A stretch of 63,964 nucleotides of DNA, counting the filler, from Candidatus Rokuibacteriota bacterium (GTDB lineage: Bacteria; JAUVQV01; DATDCY01), in the NCBI GenBank assembly GCA_031406795.1. It is 8 parts of 8 records of this genome, joined end to end, with 100 filler letters (N's around TTAATTAATTAA, not from the genome) between each part and the next. Parts side by side here need not be neighbours in the genome. Positions count along the whole stretch, not along the records: positions 33,459 to 41,986 come from JANOHV010000239.1; positions 42,087 to 54,922 come from JANOHV010000259.1; 6 more parts are not named here. The stretch is one strand, 5' to 3'. Both the position numbers and the translations under genes were made by a program. The notes beneath the pieces were generated by a model. It saw nothing but the letters and a program-made list of their open reading frames with translations. It searched no databases and was not told where the DNA came from. This document shows, piece after piece, positions 38,482 through 48,015 of this stretch. The stretch's first letter is position 1. Each line of letters starts with the position of its first letter.

Positions 38482-40224
38482 TCAGGCTTTTTGCGGACGC
38501 GCCAGGGCGTCGAGCACCAGCCCGGCGTGACGGGCGAAGATGTCGAGAAGCTCGATCGGCACCGGCGTCGCCCAATCCGCGCCGAAGTCGCCATAGGTGA
38601 GCGCGAGCACTTTGCCCGCGGAGGTCTTCAACGGGAGCACCGCGATCTTCGGGCTGTGCGGCTCGCCGATCTGCTCGTACAGCCGCTTGAGCGTCGGCTC
38701 TTCGGGCGCCTGTCCGTAAAAGAGCAGGCCGCCGTCGATGACCGTCGCGAGCACCGAGGGCCGGTCGAAGGGCACGTGGGTCTTGCGCGACGGCGCCACC
38801 GAGCGGTTCCCGCTCAGCCCGATGCTGCGCTCGACGATCACCTCGGCCCCGGAGACGAGCAGGGTCAGGGAGCGCGGGTAGAGCGACGCGACGAACTGCA
38901 GCAGCGAGAGGGAGACTTCGGCCGGCTTCGTCAGGCTGCCCAGCCCCGCGAGCCGCTCCCGGAAATCCGCCAGTTCGACCCGTCCAAGCGGGGCGCTCGG
39001 CCGCTGCAGGCAGGCGAGAAACGCCTCGGCGAACAGGATGAAGTCCCGCGAGAAACCCGGCGTGTCCGGCGTGCGTCCCGGTTTCGTGAGCGTCGTCAGC
39101 GCCCCCGCGCAGAGCGCCCGAAGCGCGAGATCCTGCTGCCCGGGTCCGACGAGCCGGATGAAGCGCAGCGCCGGGTAGCTGGCGCGGATGGCCTGGATCG
39201 TCGCATCCGCGTTCTCCTCGGAGAACACCCCCGGCTCATCGCCCGGGGGGTCGATCACCAGCAGCGGTGTCAGGTCCCGGGCGAGCGACTGTTCGATGAT
39301 GTGCCTGAGGTCCTGCGGCTCGTCGGTGGCGAAGACGAAGATGCTCCTCACGGCGCAACTGGTCATGACGGTGTGGCTGAAGAGCTGGTCGCGGGTGAAC
39401 AGGATCACGGCGAGGGAGGAGCCCTCGCCGGCGGCGGCGCTCTCCTCGAGCGCCGGCGGCTCGCCGATGCGCAGCAGGAAAGCGAGAAGCCGCTCCTGGT
39501 CCGCGGCGGGGAATCCGTCCAGCTCCTTGCGGATCCTGCGGCGGTGGTTCTCGTCCTCGCGCCGCTCTTCGGGGGCGGTCGCCGGGCTCGGGAGCTTGCG
39601 CTTCAGGCTCTCGACGTCGCCGAGCCCCAGGTCGTCGGCGCTGATGACGTCGTCCGCGGCGGGGGCGATCGGCGCTTCGGCAAAAGTCTCCTGCTGGAGC
39701 GTGCCGTCGCGCTTGCGCTCGTCGAAGATGCGCAGCGCCTCCATCAGGACGTTCTGCGTGCTCACCTGCGGCGGCGGTTCGTGGTGGTCGGGGAAATAGC
39801 GGTACTCGTCCGCCACGAGGATCTGCTCGACGTCGAGCTCGAAGCGGCCTTTCGGCCAGGTCAGCACTTCGACGATCGTCAGCTCGATCAGGGTCTGCAG
39901 CCCCCGGTAGGCCTCCTTGCGCTGCACGCGGCCGGTCTCGACCAGCAGCGCGATCAGCGGGGGCGGGTGCGGGCCGCGCGCGGCCTGCTCGGCGAGGGTC
40001 AGATCGAGCGCCGCGCGCGTGATGGCCCCGAGTTCGATCAGGATCGACCCGATGCGGAACCCGGTGTTGACGTGGTTGGCGCTGATGATGAACCCGTCGC
40101 GGAAGCCGAGCTGGCACTCGCCCTTGGCGCCGATCAGCCGCAGCGTGCCGGACTTGCGGGTCTGCTGGAGCAGGGAAATGACGTCGATGAGGGGGAAGTG
40201 CTCCAGATCACCGGAGAAGGACAT
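38482..40224 (-). CDS. DUF4388 domain protein with a receiver-like middle region and a GAF-like C-terminus
   Basis: MSFSGDLEHFPLIDVISLL...KSGTL; NVLMEALRIFDE; VLPL...LALTYGDF. Confidence 0.8.
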   Translation of the reverse strand: MSFSGDLEHFPLIDVISLLQQTRKSGTLRLIGAKGECQLGFRDGFIISANHVNTGFRIGSILIELGAITRAALDLTLAEQAARGPHPPPLIALLVETGRVQRKEAYRGLQTLIELTIVEVLTWPKGRFELDVEQILVADEYRYFPDHHEPPPQVSTQNVLMEALRIFDERKRDGTLQQETFAEAPIAPAADDVISADDLGLGDVESLKRKLPSPATAPEERREDENHRRRIRKELDGFPAADQERLLAFLLRIGEPPALEESAAAGEGSSLAVILFTRDQLFSHTVMTSCAVRSIFVFATDEPQDLRHIIEQSLARDLTPLLVIDPPGDEPGVFSEENADATIQAIRASYPALRFIRLVGPGQQDLALRALCAGALTTLTKPGRTPDTPGFSRDFILFAEAFLACLQRPSAPLGRVELADFRERLAGLGSLTKPAEVSLSLLQFVASLYPRSLTLLVSGAEVIVERSIGLSGNRSVAPSRKTHVPFDRPSVLATVIDGGLLFYGQAPEEPTLKRLYEQIGEPHSPKIAVLPLKTSAGKVLALTYGDFGADWATPVPIELLDIFARHAGLVLDALARPQKA

Positions 40225-40227
40225 CGG

Positions 40228-41394
40228 TCACGCTCCTCCCGCGCCCGCGTCAGTCGCCGGCGCGACCGCGCTCTCCAGCGGCTTGAGATAGCAGCGCCGA
40301 CGCTTGTGCTGACGGGTCTCGAAATAATCCCAGCTGGACTGCACCCGCAGGTTGGATTCCAGTTCGGGGTTGGATTCCGTGGTGACGATGCCGTGCTTCC
40401 CGGCGGACTTCCACATCTCGGAGATGAAGATGGCGTTGACGCCTTTGCCCTGCAGATCGGGGCGCACGGCGGCGACGTACATGTCGAGGGTCTTGCCGTG
40501 CTTCATGGCGCGGTAGAGGTGGATGAACCCGAAGGGCAGGAGCCGGCCCCGACACTTCTGGAGCGCTCGGGAGAGCGACGGCAGCGCGATCAGGAATCCG
40601 GCGACCTTGTCCTGGGCGTCGAGGACGATCTTGATGTACTCCGGGTTGACGAAGCTGAAATACTGCTTGATGTAGGCATCCACCTGCCGGTCGGTCAGCG
40701 GCACGACGCCGTAGAGCCCCTCGTAGGCGGTGTCGAGGACGTCGAACACGCCTTTGGCGTATTTCAGGATGTCTTTCGCCCTGCGCACCTCCAGAACGCG
40801 GAGCTTGTAGCGCTTGCGGGCGATGTCGGCCACCCGCTGGATCTTCTCCGGGACTACCGCGGGGTTCTGCGCCAGGAACTCCACCCAATCGGTGTCCTTG
40901 CGGTAGCCGCAGGCCTCCAGGTGCGTCGGGTAGTACGGGTGGTTGTAGATCGTCGCGAGCGTCCCGAGTTCCTGGAACCCCTCGACGAGCATCCCCTCCC
41001 GGTCCAGGTCGGTGAAGCCCAGGGGGCCGTGTACCGCCGTCAACCCGTTCTGGCGCGCCCAGTCCTCGACCGTCCGCACGAGGGCCCGGCAGACATCTTC
41101 GTCGTCGACGAAGTCGATCCAGCCGAAGCGGGCGTAGCGGTTCTTCCACTTCTCGATGTAGCGCCGGTTGATGATCCCGGCGATTCTTCCCACGGGCTCG
41201 CCGTCCCGGAAAGCCATCCAGTACCGCGCCTCGCAGCACTCGAACGCCGGGTTCCGGTCGCGCCGCAGCGTGTTCAGCTCGTCGAATTCCAGAGCGGGCA
41301 CCCAGCAGGGGTGACCCGGGTAGAGCTGGAAGGGGAACCGGATGAACTTCTTCAGCTCCCGGTCGGTCGTGACTTCCCGAATCTCAATCCCCAT
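40228..41394 (-). CDS. GNAT-family N-acetyltransferase (YghO-like)
   Basis: FIRFP, VGRIAG, RFGWIDF, GPLGFTD, YNHPYY, QGKGV, ELESN. Confidence 0.85.
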   Translation of the reverse strand: MGIEIREVTTDRELKKFIRFPFQLYPGHPCWVPALEFDELNTLRRDRNPAFECCEARYWMAFRDGEPVGRIAGIINRRYIEKWKNRYARFGWIDFVDDEDVCRALVRTVEDWARQNGLTAVHGPLGFTDLDREGMLVEGFQELGTLATIYNHPYYPTHLEACGYRKDTDWVEFLAQNPAVVPEKIQRVADIARKRYKLRVLEVRRAKDILKYAKGVFDVLDTAYEGLYGVVPLTDRQVDAYIKQYFSFVNPEYIKIVLDAQDKVAGFLIALPSLSRALQKCRGRLLPFGFIHLYRAMKHGKTLDMYVAAVRPDLQGKGVNAIFISEMWKSAGKHGIVTTESNPELESNLRVQSSWDYFETRQHKRRRCYLKPLESAVAPATDAGAGGA

Positions 41395-41485
41395 CCCGCC
41401 TCCCTGCGTCCGGCCGAAGAACGTCGGTGATGCTACCACGGCCATTTTTCTAAATCCAGAAGCGCCGCAGCCCCGGCGGTCTGCG

Positions 41486-41510
41486 CAAATCGGCGCGTAA
41501 CGCGCGGATC
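41486..41510. repeat. Family C palindrome, single copy in reverse orientation
   Basis: CAAATCGGCGCGTAACGCGCGGATC. Confidence 0.7.
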
Positions 41511-41600
41511 GGGGGTCTGGATGTCGCCCTTTCTTCTGTGCTATATTTCCCGCGATGAACGTCGCTTTCGCCAGCGCCGACCCTGGTCCGGCGCAGTCGT

Positions 41601-41986
41601 GTGGGTGCCCTGCGTTCCCCTCGTCGAAGACCGTCGGCGACGGGCGGGGCTGACGTGCATTTTACCGCAGCCCTTGGGGCGTCTCTGGTCGCTGGCGTCG
41701 CTGCGATGGCCTGGACGGCCCTGACGCTCGCGGAGTTCGGACGGTTCGTCGCGGTGGTCCCGCTGCTGGCCGGCGCGGCGGCGGCCGTAGTCGTCTTCGC
41801 GCTGCTCACCGGCGGGCGGATCGTCCGGGAGTCCACGGCCGCGACCGCGCACGACCTGCTCGCCGTGGGCATCGCCGCCGCAACGCTCTTCGTCTCGATC
41901 CCGGCGGACGAAATCCTGATCGGCGGGCAAGACCCCGGCGTCTATCTCCACATCGCCGCCTCGGTGGCCCGCACCGGCTCGCTGAT
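41601..41986 (+). CDS. Membrane protein, GT-C glycosyltransferase-like N-terminus (3' truncated)
   Basis: TM helices followed by GGQDPGVY...ARTGSL loop; start uncertain. Confidence 0.55.
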
Positions 41987-42086
41987 NNNNNNNNNNNNNN
42001 NNNNNNNNNNNNNNNNNNNNNNNNNNNNNNTTAATTAATTAANNNNNNNNNNNNNNNNNNNNNNNNNNNNNNNNNNNNNNNNNNNN

Positions 42087-43195
42087 CCCTCCCAGACGCG
42101 GGCGGTCTTCGGCAGGTACTCCGCGCCGTAGCGCTCGGCCACCAGCGCGCGCGCGGCCGCCACGGCCTGCGTCGAGAGTTTCACGCTGTCGGTGCGCATG
42201 TAGGTGATGAGCCCGTTCTCGTAGAGCCGCTGCGCGGCCTGCATCGCCCGCTTGGCCGACAGGCCGAGCTTGCGTCCGGCCTCCTGCTGCAGCGTCGATG
42301 TCGTGAACGGCGGCTTGGGCGCGGCGGTGTATTCCTTCTCCTCGACCTTGCGCACCTGCGCCGTGCGGCCGGCGAGGCCCTCGGCGAGCTTCTTCGCCGC
42401 GGCCGCGTCGAGCACGACTACCTTGCGGCCGGTGGCGAGCTTCCCCTCGGGCGAGAAGTCGCGTCCGGTGGCCAGCGTCGTGCCGTCCAGCGCGACGACC
42501 TGGGCCGGGAAGCGCTGCGCCGCGTGTTCGAGCGTTACCTGGGCGTCCCACCAGGCGGCCGAGCGGAAGGCCATGCGCTCGCGCTCGCGTTCGACGAGCA
42601 GGCGGGTGGTGACGCTCTGCACGCGCCCGGCCGAGAGCCGCGGTGCGATCTTGCGCCAGAGCACCGGACTGACCTCGTAGCCGTAGAGCCGGTCGAGGAT
42701 CCGTCGCGCCTCCTGGGCGTCGACGAGGTGTGCGTCCACGTCGCGGCAGTTCTCGATCGCCTCCTGGATGGCGGCCTTCGTGATCTCGTGGAAAACCATG
42801 CGTTTGACCGGCACCTTCGGCTGGAGCAGGTCGAGCAGGTGCCAGGAGATGGATTCCCCTTCGCGGTCTTCGTCGGTCGCGAGGTAGAGCACGCTCGCTT
42901 CCTTGAGCCGGGCCTTGAGCTCGCGGATGCGCGCCTTCTTGTCGGCGGGCACGACGTACAGCGGGGCGTAGCCGTTGTCGACGTTGACCCCGAGGCGCGC
43001 CCAGCTCTCCGCCTTGACGGCGGCCGGAATCTCGGCCGCGGAGGAGGGCAGGTCGCGCACGTGCCCGATCGAGGCCTCGACCATCCAGTCCTTGCCGAGG
43101 AACTTGGCGATCGTGCGCGCCTTGGCGGGCGACTCGACGATCACGAGCGGTTTGCCTTTGGCCGGCGCTTCGACGACGCTGCGATTCTTCCCCAT
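42087..43195 (-). CDS. topA: DNA topoisomerase I (3' truncated)
   Basis: LVIVESPAKA, ATDEDREGE, SAGRVQS, ITYMRTDS. Confidence 0.97.
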
Positions 43196-43208
43196 GCTGC
43201 TCCTCTAC

Positions 43209-43344
43209 CAGGCCGCTGAAAAAGGACATCTGCTGCGGGAGGGGGTGAACCCCTCCCCTACGCGCACGGCTTCGTCGTAGGGGCGGGGTTGATCCCCGCC
43301 CGGATTCTTGTGCGCCTTGTACCGGGACCCTCTCGAGCAGCCTG
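43209..43344. mobile_element. MITE family B copy carrying a nested inverted GTAG-REP pair
   Basis: Ends CAGGCCGCTGAAAA/TCGAGCAGCCTG; inner GGGAGGGGGTGAACCCCTCCCCTAC and GTAGGGGCGGGGTTGATCCCCGCCC. Confidence 0.75.
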
Positions 43345-43417
43345 CGCGTTTCATCTGTCCGTCTGCACCCTGTTCATGTTCACGTTTACGTTCATGGCGT
43401 CCGTGTGTCTCTGAGCG

Positions 43418-43897
43418 TCAGTGGAGGTGGCGGTTGCGCGGTCGCCCGTCCAGGGGGTCCGCCGCCGAACCGTCGCGCCCCGCGGCTTCGAGGACATCGC
43501 GCGAGATCGCCCGGATTTCCGCCTCGCCGACTTCCTCGCCGCCCAGCGAGAGCGCGCGATCGAGGATCTCCTCGCGGGTCGCGGCATCGATTACCCCGTC
43601 GTGCTCCAGCCGCAGCAGCAGGCCGAAGGCGCCGGGAGAGACGCACAGCAGCTCCTCGGCGCTGCGCGTGCGCAGGCCGGTCGACGTGAAGGGCTCGCCC
43701 GGGCCGGCCGGCGGGGCGTCCCGGTAGAGTCCGGCGAAGAAGCGCTCGACCCACGCCAGCGCGAGCGCGACGTCGGCGGGCTCGAAACCCTCGGCGACCA
43801 GTTCTTCGAGCAGGGGTGCCGGGTCCTGCTGCAGCTGCCGGTCGCCGAGCAGACGTCCGGTGATGACGTGCAGCAGTCCGAGCCAGCTATCCGACAT
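43418..43897 (-). CDS. DUF494 (Smg) family protein
   Basis: L...GF....V..AL.W and REEILDRA motifs; dprA-smg-topA synteny. Confidence 0.8.
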   Translation of the reverse strand: MSDSWLGLLHVITGRLLGDRQLQQDPAPLLEELVAEGFEPADVALALAWVERFFAGLYRDAPPAGPGEPFTSTGLRTRSAEELLCVSPGAFGLLLRLEHDGVIDAATREEILDRALSLGGEEVGEAEIRAISRDVLEAAGRDGSAADPLDGRPRNRHLH

Positions 43898-43931
43898 GAT
43901 GGTGGTTTCCCGATCAGCCCGCTGGTGCTCG

Positions 43932-45026
43932 TCAGGCACGCGCGAAAATCTTCCCCGGATGCTGGCGCACAAGGCCCTTGAGCTCGAGCGCGGTCAGCAT
44001 GGCGGCGGTCGCCGCCGCCGGCCCCGGGGAGACCCGGATGATGTCGTCGATGGGCAGCGGGGCCGAGCCCATGGCGTGGAGCAGGCGCCGCTCCGGGTCG
44101 CTCAGGGTGGCAAGCGCGGCCGATTCCGCCTCGGGCGAGGACAAGCGGGCGGCCAGGTCGGGGAAAGACTCGAGAATATCGCGGGCGCCCTCGATCAGCG
44201 CGGCGCCCTGCCGGATCAGCCGGTTCGTTCCGGCACTGGTCGGGGAGGTGACCGGACCGGGGATCGCGAAGACCTCCCGGCTCTGCTCGAGCGCCATGTC
44301 GGCGGTGCCGAGGGCCCCGCTGCGCACGGCGGCCTCGACGACGGCGACCCCGCGCGCCAGGCCGCTGATGACGCGGTTGCGCAGCGGAAAGTGCCAGGGC
44401 TCGGGCTCCGAGCCGAGGGGGAATTCCGAGAGAAGCGCCCCCCGGGCGGCGATTTCGGCGGCGAGACGCGCGTGCTCCGGCGGGTAGATCCGGTCGAGGC
44501 CCGAACCGAGCACGGCCACCGTGCGCCCCCCCCCGGCAAGCGCGCCGCGGTGGGCGCAGCCGTCGATGCCGCGGGCGAGGCCGGAGATCACCGTGACTCC
44601 CGACGCGGCCAGCTCGCGGCCGAGGCGCTCGGCCACGGTTCGCCCGTAGGCAGTGGCGGCGCGCGCGCCGATCACGGCGATCCCGGCGCCGTCCTGCGGC
44701 AGCAGCGTGCCGAGAAGGTAGAGCACGCGCGGCGGATCGGGGATCAGCCGCAGGCGCTCCGGATAGTCCTGATCATCGAAGGTGAGGATCGCGATGCCGA
44801 GCGCCCGGGCCCGACGCTCCTCCTCCTCGCCGACTCGCTGCGCATCCAATCCGCGCACCGCGGCGGCCAGGACCGGTCCGACGCCGCGCAGAGAAAGAAG
44901 TTCGCCGACGGGAGCAGCGAGTATCCCCGCGGCGGAACCGTAGCGCTCGAAGGCTTCGCAGGCGATCGCGGCGCGAAGCCGCGGCAGCGTGTTCAGCGCG
45001 ATGGTCAGGGTACGTTCGTTCGTCAT
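43932..45026 (-). CDS. dprA: DNA-processing protein DprA
   Basis: YPERL..IPDPP, ISGLARGIDG.AH, FPLRNRVISG, REVFAIPG, winged-helix tail. Confidence 0.95.
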   Translation of the reverse strand: MTNERTLTIALNTLPRLRAAIACEAFERYGSAAGILAAPVGELLSLRGVGPVLAAAVRGLDAQRVGEEEERRARALGIAILTFDDQDYPERLRLIPDPPRVLYLLGTLLPQDGAGIAVIGARAATAYGRTVAERLGRELAASGVTVISGLARGIDGCAHRGALAGGGRTVAVLGSGLDRIYPPEHARLAAEIAARGALLSEFPLGSEPEPWHFPLRNRVISGLARGVAVVEAAVRSGALGTADMALEQSREVFAIPGPVTSPTSAGTNRLIRQGAALIEGARDILESFPDLAARLSSPEAESAALATLSDPERRLLHAMGSAPLPIDDIIRVSPGPAAATAAMLTALELKGLVRQHPGKIFARA

Positions 45027-45151
45027 GGTCTCCAGGTGGTCCGGCCGAAAATCCGCGCTACTCTACCACCGGGCCTTCGAAAGTCAATCTCTCCGGCGGC
45101 CGGTCCACTGCTTGTGGCCGCCGCCGCCGTGGTGGTATCGTTCCGGGATCC

Positions 45152-46189
45152 ATGGGCTCCGTCACAGCGTTCTTCGCCTCCGCGCACGGGCAGTGGGCCC
45201 TCGTCGCGCTCTCGGGCTCGCTGGCCGCGCTGTTCACCCACCTGCTGACCCCCGTGGCCATGCAGGTGGCGCGGCAGTACGGCCTGGTGGACCGGCCGGA
45301 CGGCAAACTCAAGCGCCAGACCGAACCGGTGCCGTATCTCGGCGGCGCCGCGGTCTACCTGGCGTTTGTCGTCGCGCTGGGGGTCACCTACTCCTTCAGC
45401 CGCGAGGTGCTCGCGCTGCTTCTGGCCGGCACCATGGTGGTCCTGCTCGGGCTGGTGGACGACATCGGCGCCATCTCGCCGCGGGCCAAGTTTCTCGGGC
45501 AGGGGCTCGCGGTGCTCGTGCTGATGAAGGCCGGGATCACGCTGCAGATCGTCTGGCTCCCCTGGTACGTCAGCTGGCCGTTGACGTTCGTCTGGCTGAT
45601 CGGGATCACCAACGCCGTCAACCTTGTGGACATCATGGACGGTCTCGCCGCTGGCGTCGGGCTCATCATCGCCCTGTCGCTGCTCGCGGTTGCCCTGATC
45701 AACGGGAACCACCAGATCGCGATCCTCACCGCCACGCTCGCCGGGGCGCTCGCGGGGTTCCTGCGCTTCAACTTTCAGCCCGCGCGCATCTATCTCGGCG
45801 ACACCGGCAGCCTCTTCATCGGATTGAATCTCGGGGCGCTGGCGATGATCGGGCGCTACACCGAGCACAACAACCTCGGGGTGCTCGCCCCGCTGGTGAT
45901 CCTCGGGGTGCCGATCTTCGACACCCTCTTCGTCATGTACATCCGGCGCCGGCGCGGCGTCTCGATGTTCCTCGGCAGCCCCGATCACGTCGCGCTGCGG
46001 CTGCGCCGCTGGCGCCTCTCGGTGCGCCAGACCGTCCTGGCGAGCTACGCCACGGCGGCGCTCCTCGGGGCCGTCGGCGTGGCGGTCATGCTGCTGGATC
46101 TGCGCGGCGCGCTCGGCGTGCTCGGCGCGCTGGGTGCCCTGGGACTGATCTTCGCCTGGTGGCTCAAGCGCATCGACATGGGGTTGTGA
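45152..46189 (+). CDS. MraY/WecA-family undecaprenyl-phosphate sugar-1-phosphate transferase
   Basis: PYLGG, GLVDD, NAVNLVDIMDGL, FNFQPARIYLGDTGS. Confidence 0.92.
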   Translation: MGSVTAFFASAHGQWALVALSGSLAALFTHLLTPVAMQVARQYGLVDRPDGKLKRQTEPVPYLGGAAVYLAFVVALGVTYSFSREVLALLLAGTMVVLLGLVDDIGAISPRAKFLGQGLAVLVLMKAGITLQIVWLPWYVSWPLTFVWLIGITNAVNLVDIMDGLAAGVGLIIALSLLAVALINGNHQIAILTATLAGALAGFLRFNFQPARIYLGDTGSLFIGLNLGALAMIGRYTEHNNLGVLAPLVILGVPIFDTLFVMYIRRRRGVSMFLGSPDHVALRLRRWRLSVRQTVLASYATAALLGAVGVAVMLLDLRGALGVLGALGALGLIFAWWLKRIDMGL

Positions 46190-46190
46190 C

Positions 46191-46310
46191 GGCCGCTGAA
46201 AAGGGCCCATCTGCTGCGTTGCACTCCTCGCGGCTCCCTGCGGCGGCCACCAGGCCGCCTCAGTCGCAGCTTCGGGGTGCTGCCTTGCACCTGGACCCTT
46301 TTGAGCAGCC
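46191..46310. mobile_element. MITE family B copy
   Basis: GGCCGCTGAAAAGGGCCCATCTGC...GCACCTGGACCCTTTTGAGCAGCC. Confidence 0.78.
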
Positions 46311-46560
46311 TCTCCGCGACAGTTGTCCCGGTTCCCGAGCCCAGCGAAGCGAGGGCAATCACCCCGGAACGTGCCTCGGCGTTCCGAGAACCGTCTGCCC
46401 GGGTCGATCGGGAGCGTCCTGACGCGTCCCGGCAAGGCAGCGCCGGAGCCCGCGCACGCCCTCCACTCGCTTCGCTCGCAGATGGTAAGGACACCACCGC
46501 CGCCGGGGCGCAGCAGGGCCTCCCGAGTGACTCGGGCTAATCCGGGGTAGAATCGGCCTC

Positions 46561-47862
46561 GTGGGCAAAGGGACGCTGATCATCGGGGGCGGTCTGGCCG
46601 GGCTTTCCGCCGGCTGGCATCTCGGACGGGCGGCGACGCTGCTCGAGGCCTCCGCGACGGTGGGCGGCCTCTGCCGCTCCTATCGGCACGAGGGGTACAC
46701 CTTCGACATTTCCGGCCACCTGTTGCACTTCCGGCGGCCCGACATCCGGCGCTTCGTCGCCGCTCGTCTCCCCGGCGCCCTCGCCCGGCACCGCCGCCGC
46801 GCGTTCGTCCACTTTCAAGGGCTCCTGGTGCACTACCCGTTTCAGGCGCACCTGTTCGAACTGCCCCCCCGCGTGCGCGACGAATGCCTGCGCGGCTTCC
46901 TCGAGGCGGTGGGGCGGAAGGAGGCCGGAGCGGCGACCCCGGGGGATTTCGAGGGCTGGTTGCGCCACCACTTCGGCGAGGGGATCGTGAAGCACTTCCT
47001 CGGCCCCTACAACCGCAAGATGTGGCGCGTGCCGCTGCGGCGCATCGACCCGGCCTGGGCCACGTGGGCGATTCCGGTGCCGACGCCGGCGCAGGTCCGG
47101 GCCTCCGGGAGTCCCGGGGTGGATCTGCGCCTCGGGTACAACCCGCTGTTCTACTACCCGCGGTCGGGCGGGGTCGGCGTGCTGGCCCGCGCGCTGGCGC
47201 GGGGAAACATGCGGCTGCATCTCGACGAGAAAGTCGTCGGCATCGATCTCGGCCGCCGGCGCGCCGAGACGCTCTCCGGGCGGAGTTGGGAGTTTGACCG
47301 GCTCGTCTCGACGATGCCGCTGCCCGAACTTCTCCGGTTGACCCGGGGCCTCTCCCCGGCGATGGCGGCCGCGGCCGAGCGGTTGCGCTGCGTTTCGATC
47401 TGCGTCGCGAACATCGGTCTGGCGCGGCCCGCCGCGCACAAGGCGCACTGGTTCTACTTCCCGGAGCCGGCCTATCCCTTCTATCGCGTGGGGCTCACGA
47501 CGAACGTCGCCCCGGCGATGGCGCCGCCCGGTTGCCACATTCTCTCCGTCGAAGCGACGCTCCCGTTAGGAGGCCGCACGGGCTGCCGCGAGCGCTGGGG
47601 CGGCATTCGCCGCGGGCTGGAGCGGGCCGGTCTGTTGGGGCGCGGGGAGGAGCCGGCCGTCGTCGATTTCGTCCACGTTCCCTATGCGTATGTCCTCTAC
47701 GACCGCGACCGGGCGAAGCTGTTGCCGGGAATCCTGCGCGAACTCGAGTCGCGGGGGGTGCATTCGATCGGCCGGTACGGCGCATGGGAGTACGGGACCA
47801 TGGAGGACGCCCTGTGGCAGGGGGCGGAGACCGCCCGCCGCATCAGCTCCGAACTGAAGTGA
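46561..47862 (+). CDS. FAD-dependent oxidoreductase (protoporphyrinogen oxidase/UDP-galactopyranose mutase-like)
   Basis: GGGLAG, GGLCRS...FDISGHLLH, PYNRKMW, YAYV, GRYGAWEY..MED; glycan-gene context. Confidence 0.82.
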   Translation: MGKGTLIIGGGLAGLSAGWHLGRAATLLEASATVGGLCRSYRHEGYTFDISGHLLHFRRPDIRRFVAARLPGALARHRRRAFVHFQGLLVHYPFQAHLFELPPRVRDECLRGFLEAVGRKEAGAATPGDFEGWLRHHFGEGIVKHFLGPYNRKMWRVPLRRIDPAWATWAIPVPTPAQVRASGSPGVDLRLGYNPLFYYPRSGGVGVLARALARGNMRLHLDEKVVGIDLGRRRAETLSGRSWEFDRLVSTMPLPELLRLTRGLSPAMAAAAERLRCVSICVANIGLARPAAHKAHWFYFPEPAYPFYRVGLTTNVAPAMAPPGCHILSVEATLPLGGRTGCRERWGGIRRGLERAGLLGRGEEPAVVDFVHVPYAYVLYDRDRAKLLPGILRELESRGVHSIGRYGAWEYGTMEDALWQGAETARRISSELK

Positions 47863-47887
47863 GTTGGCCTCTGTGGAGCAAGACGGC

Positions 47888-48014
47888 GTGACGGCCTCGG
47901 AAAGGGTCCAGATGCAAGGCGCACGAGTCCTGAGGAGTGAGGCGTACTCCGGTACGTCGCAGCGACGAGGGGCGAAGGGGAACGCCGCAGGTGGGCCGTT
48001 TGCGAGGCCGTCAC
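47888..48014. mobile_element. MITE family B copy
   Basis: GTGACGGCCTCG/CGAGGCCGTCAC ends; AAAGGGTCCAGATGCAAGGCG core. Confidence 0.78.
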
Positions 48015-48015
48015 C

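Noticed and set aside
43372..43395. Four GTTYAY hexamers
   Set aside because: Too short and degenerate to assign a function
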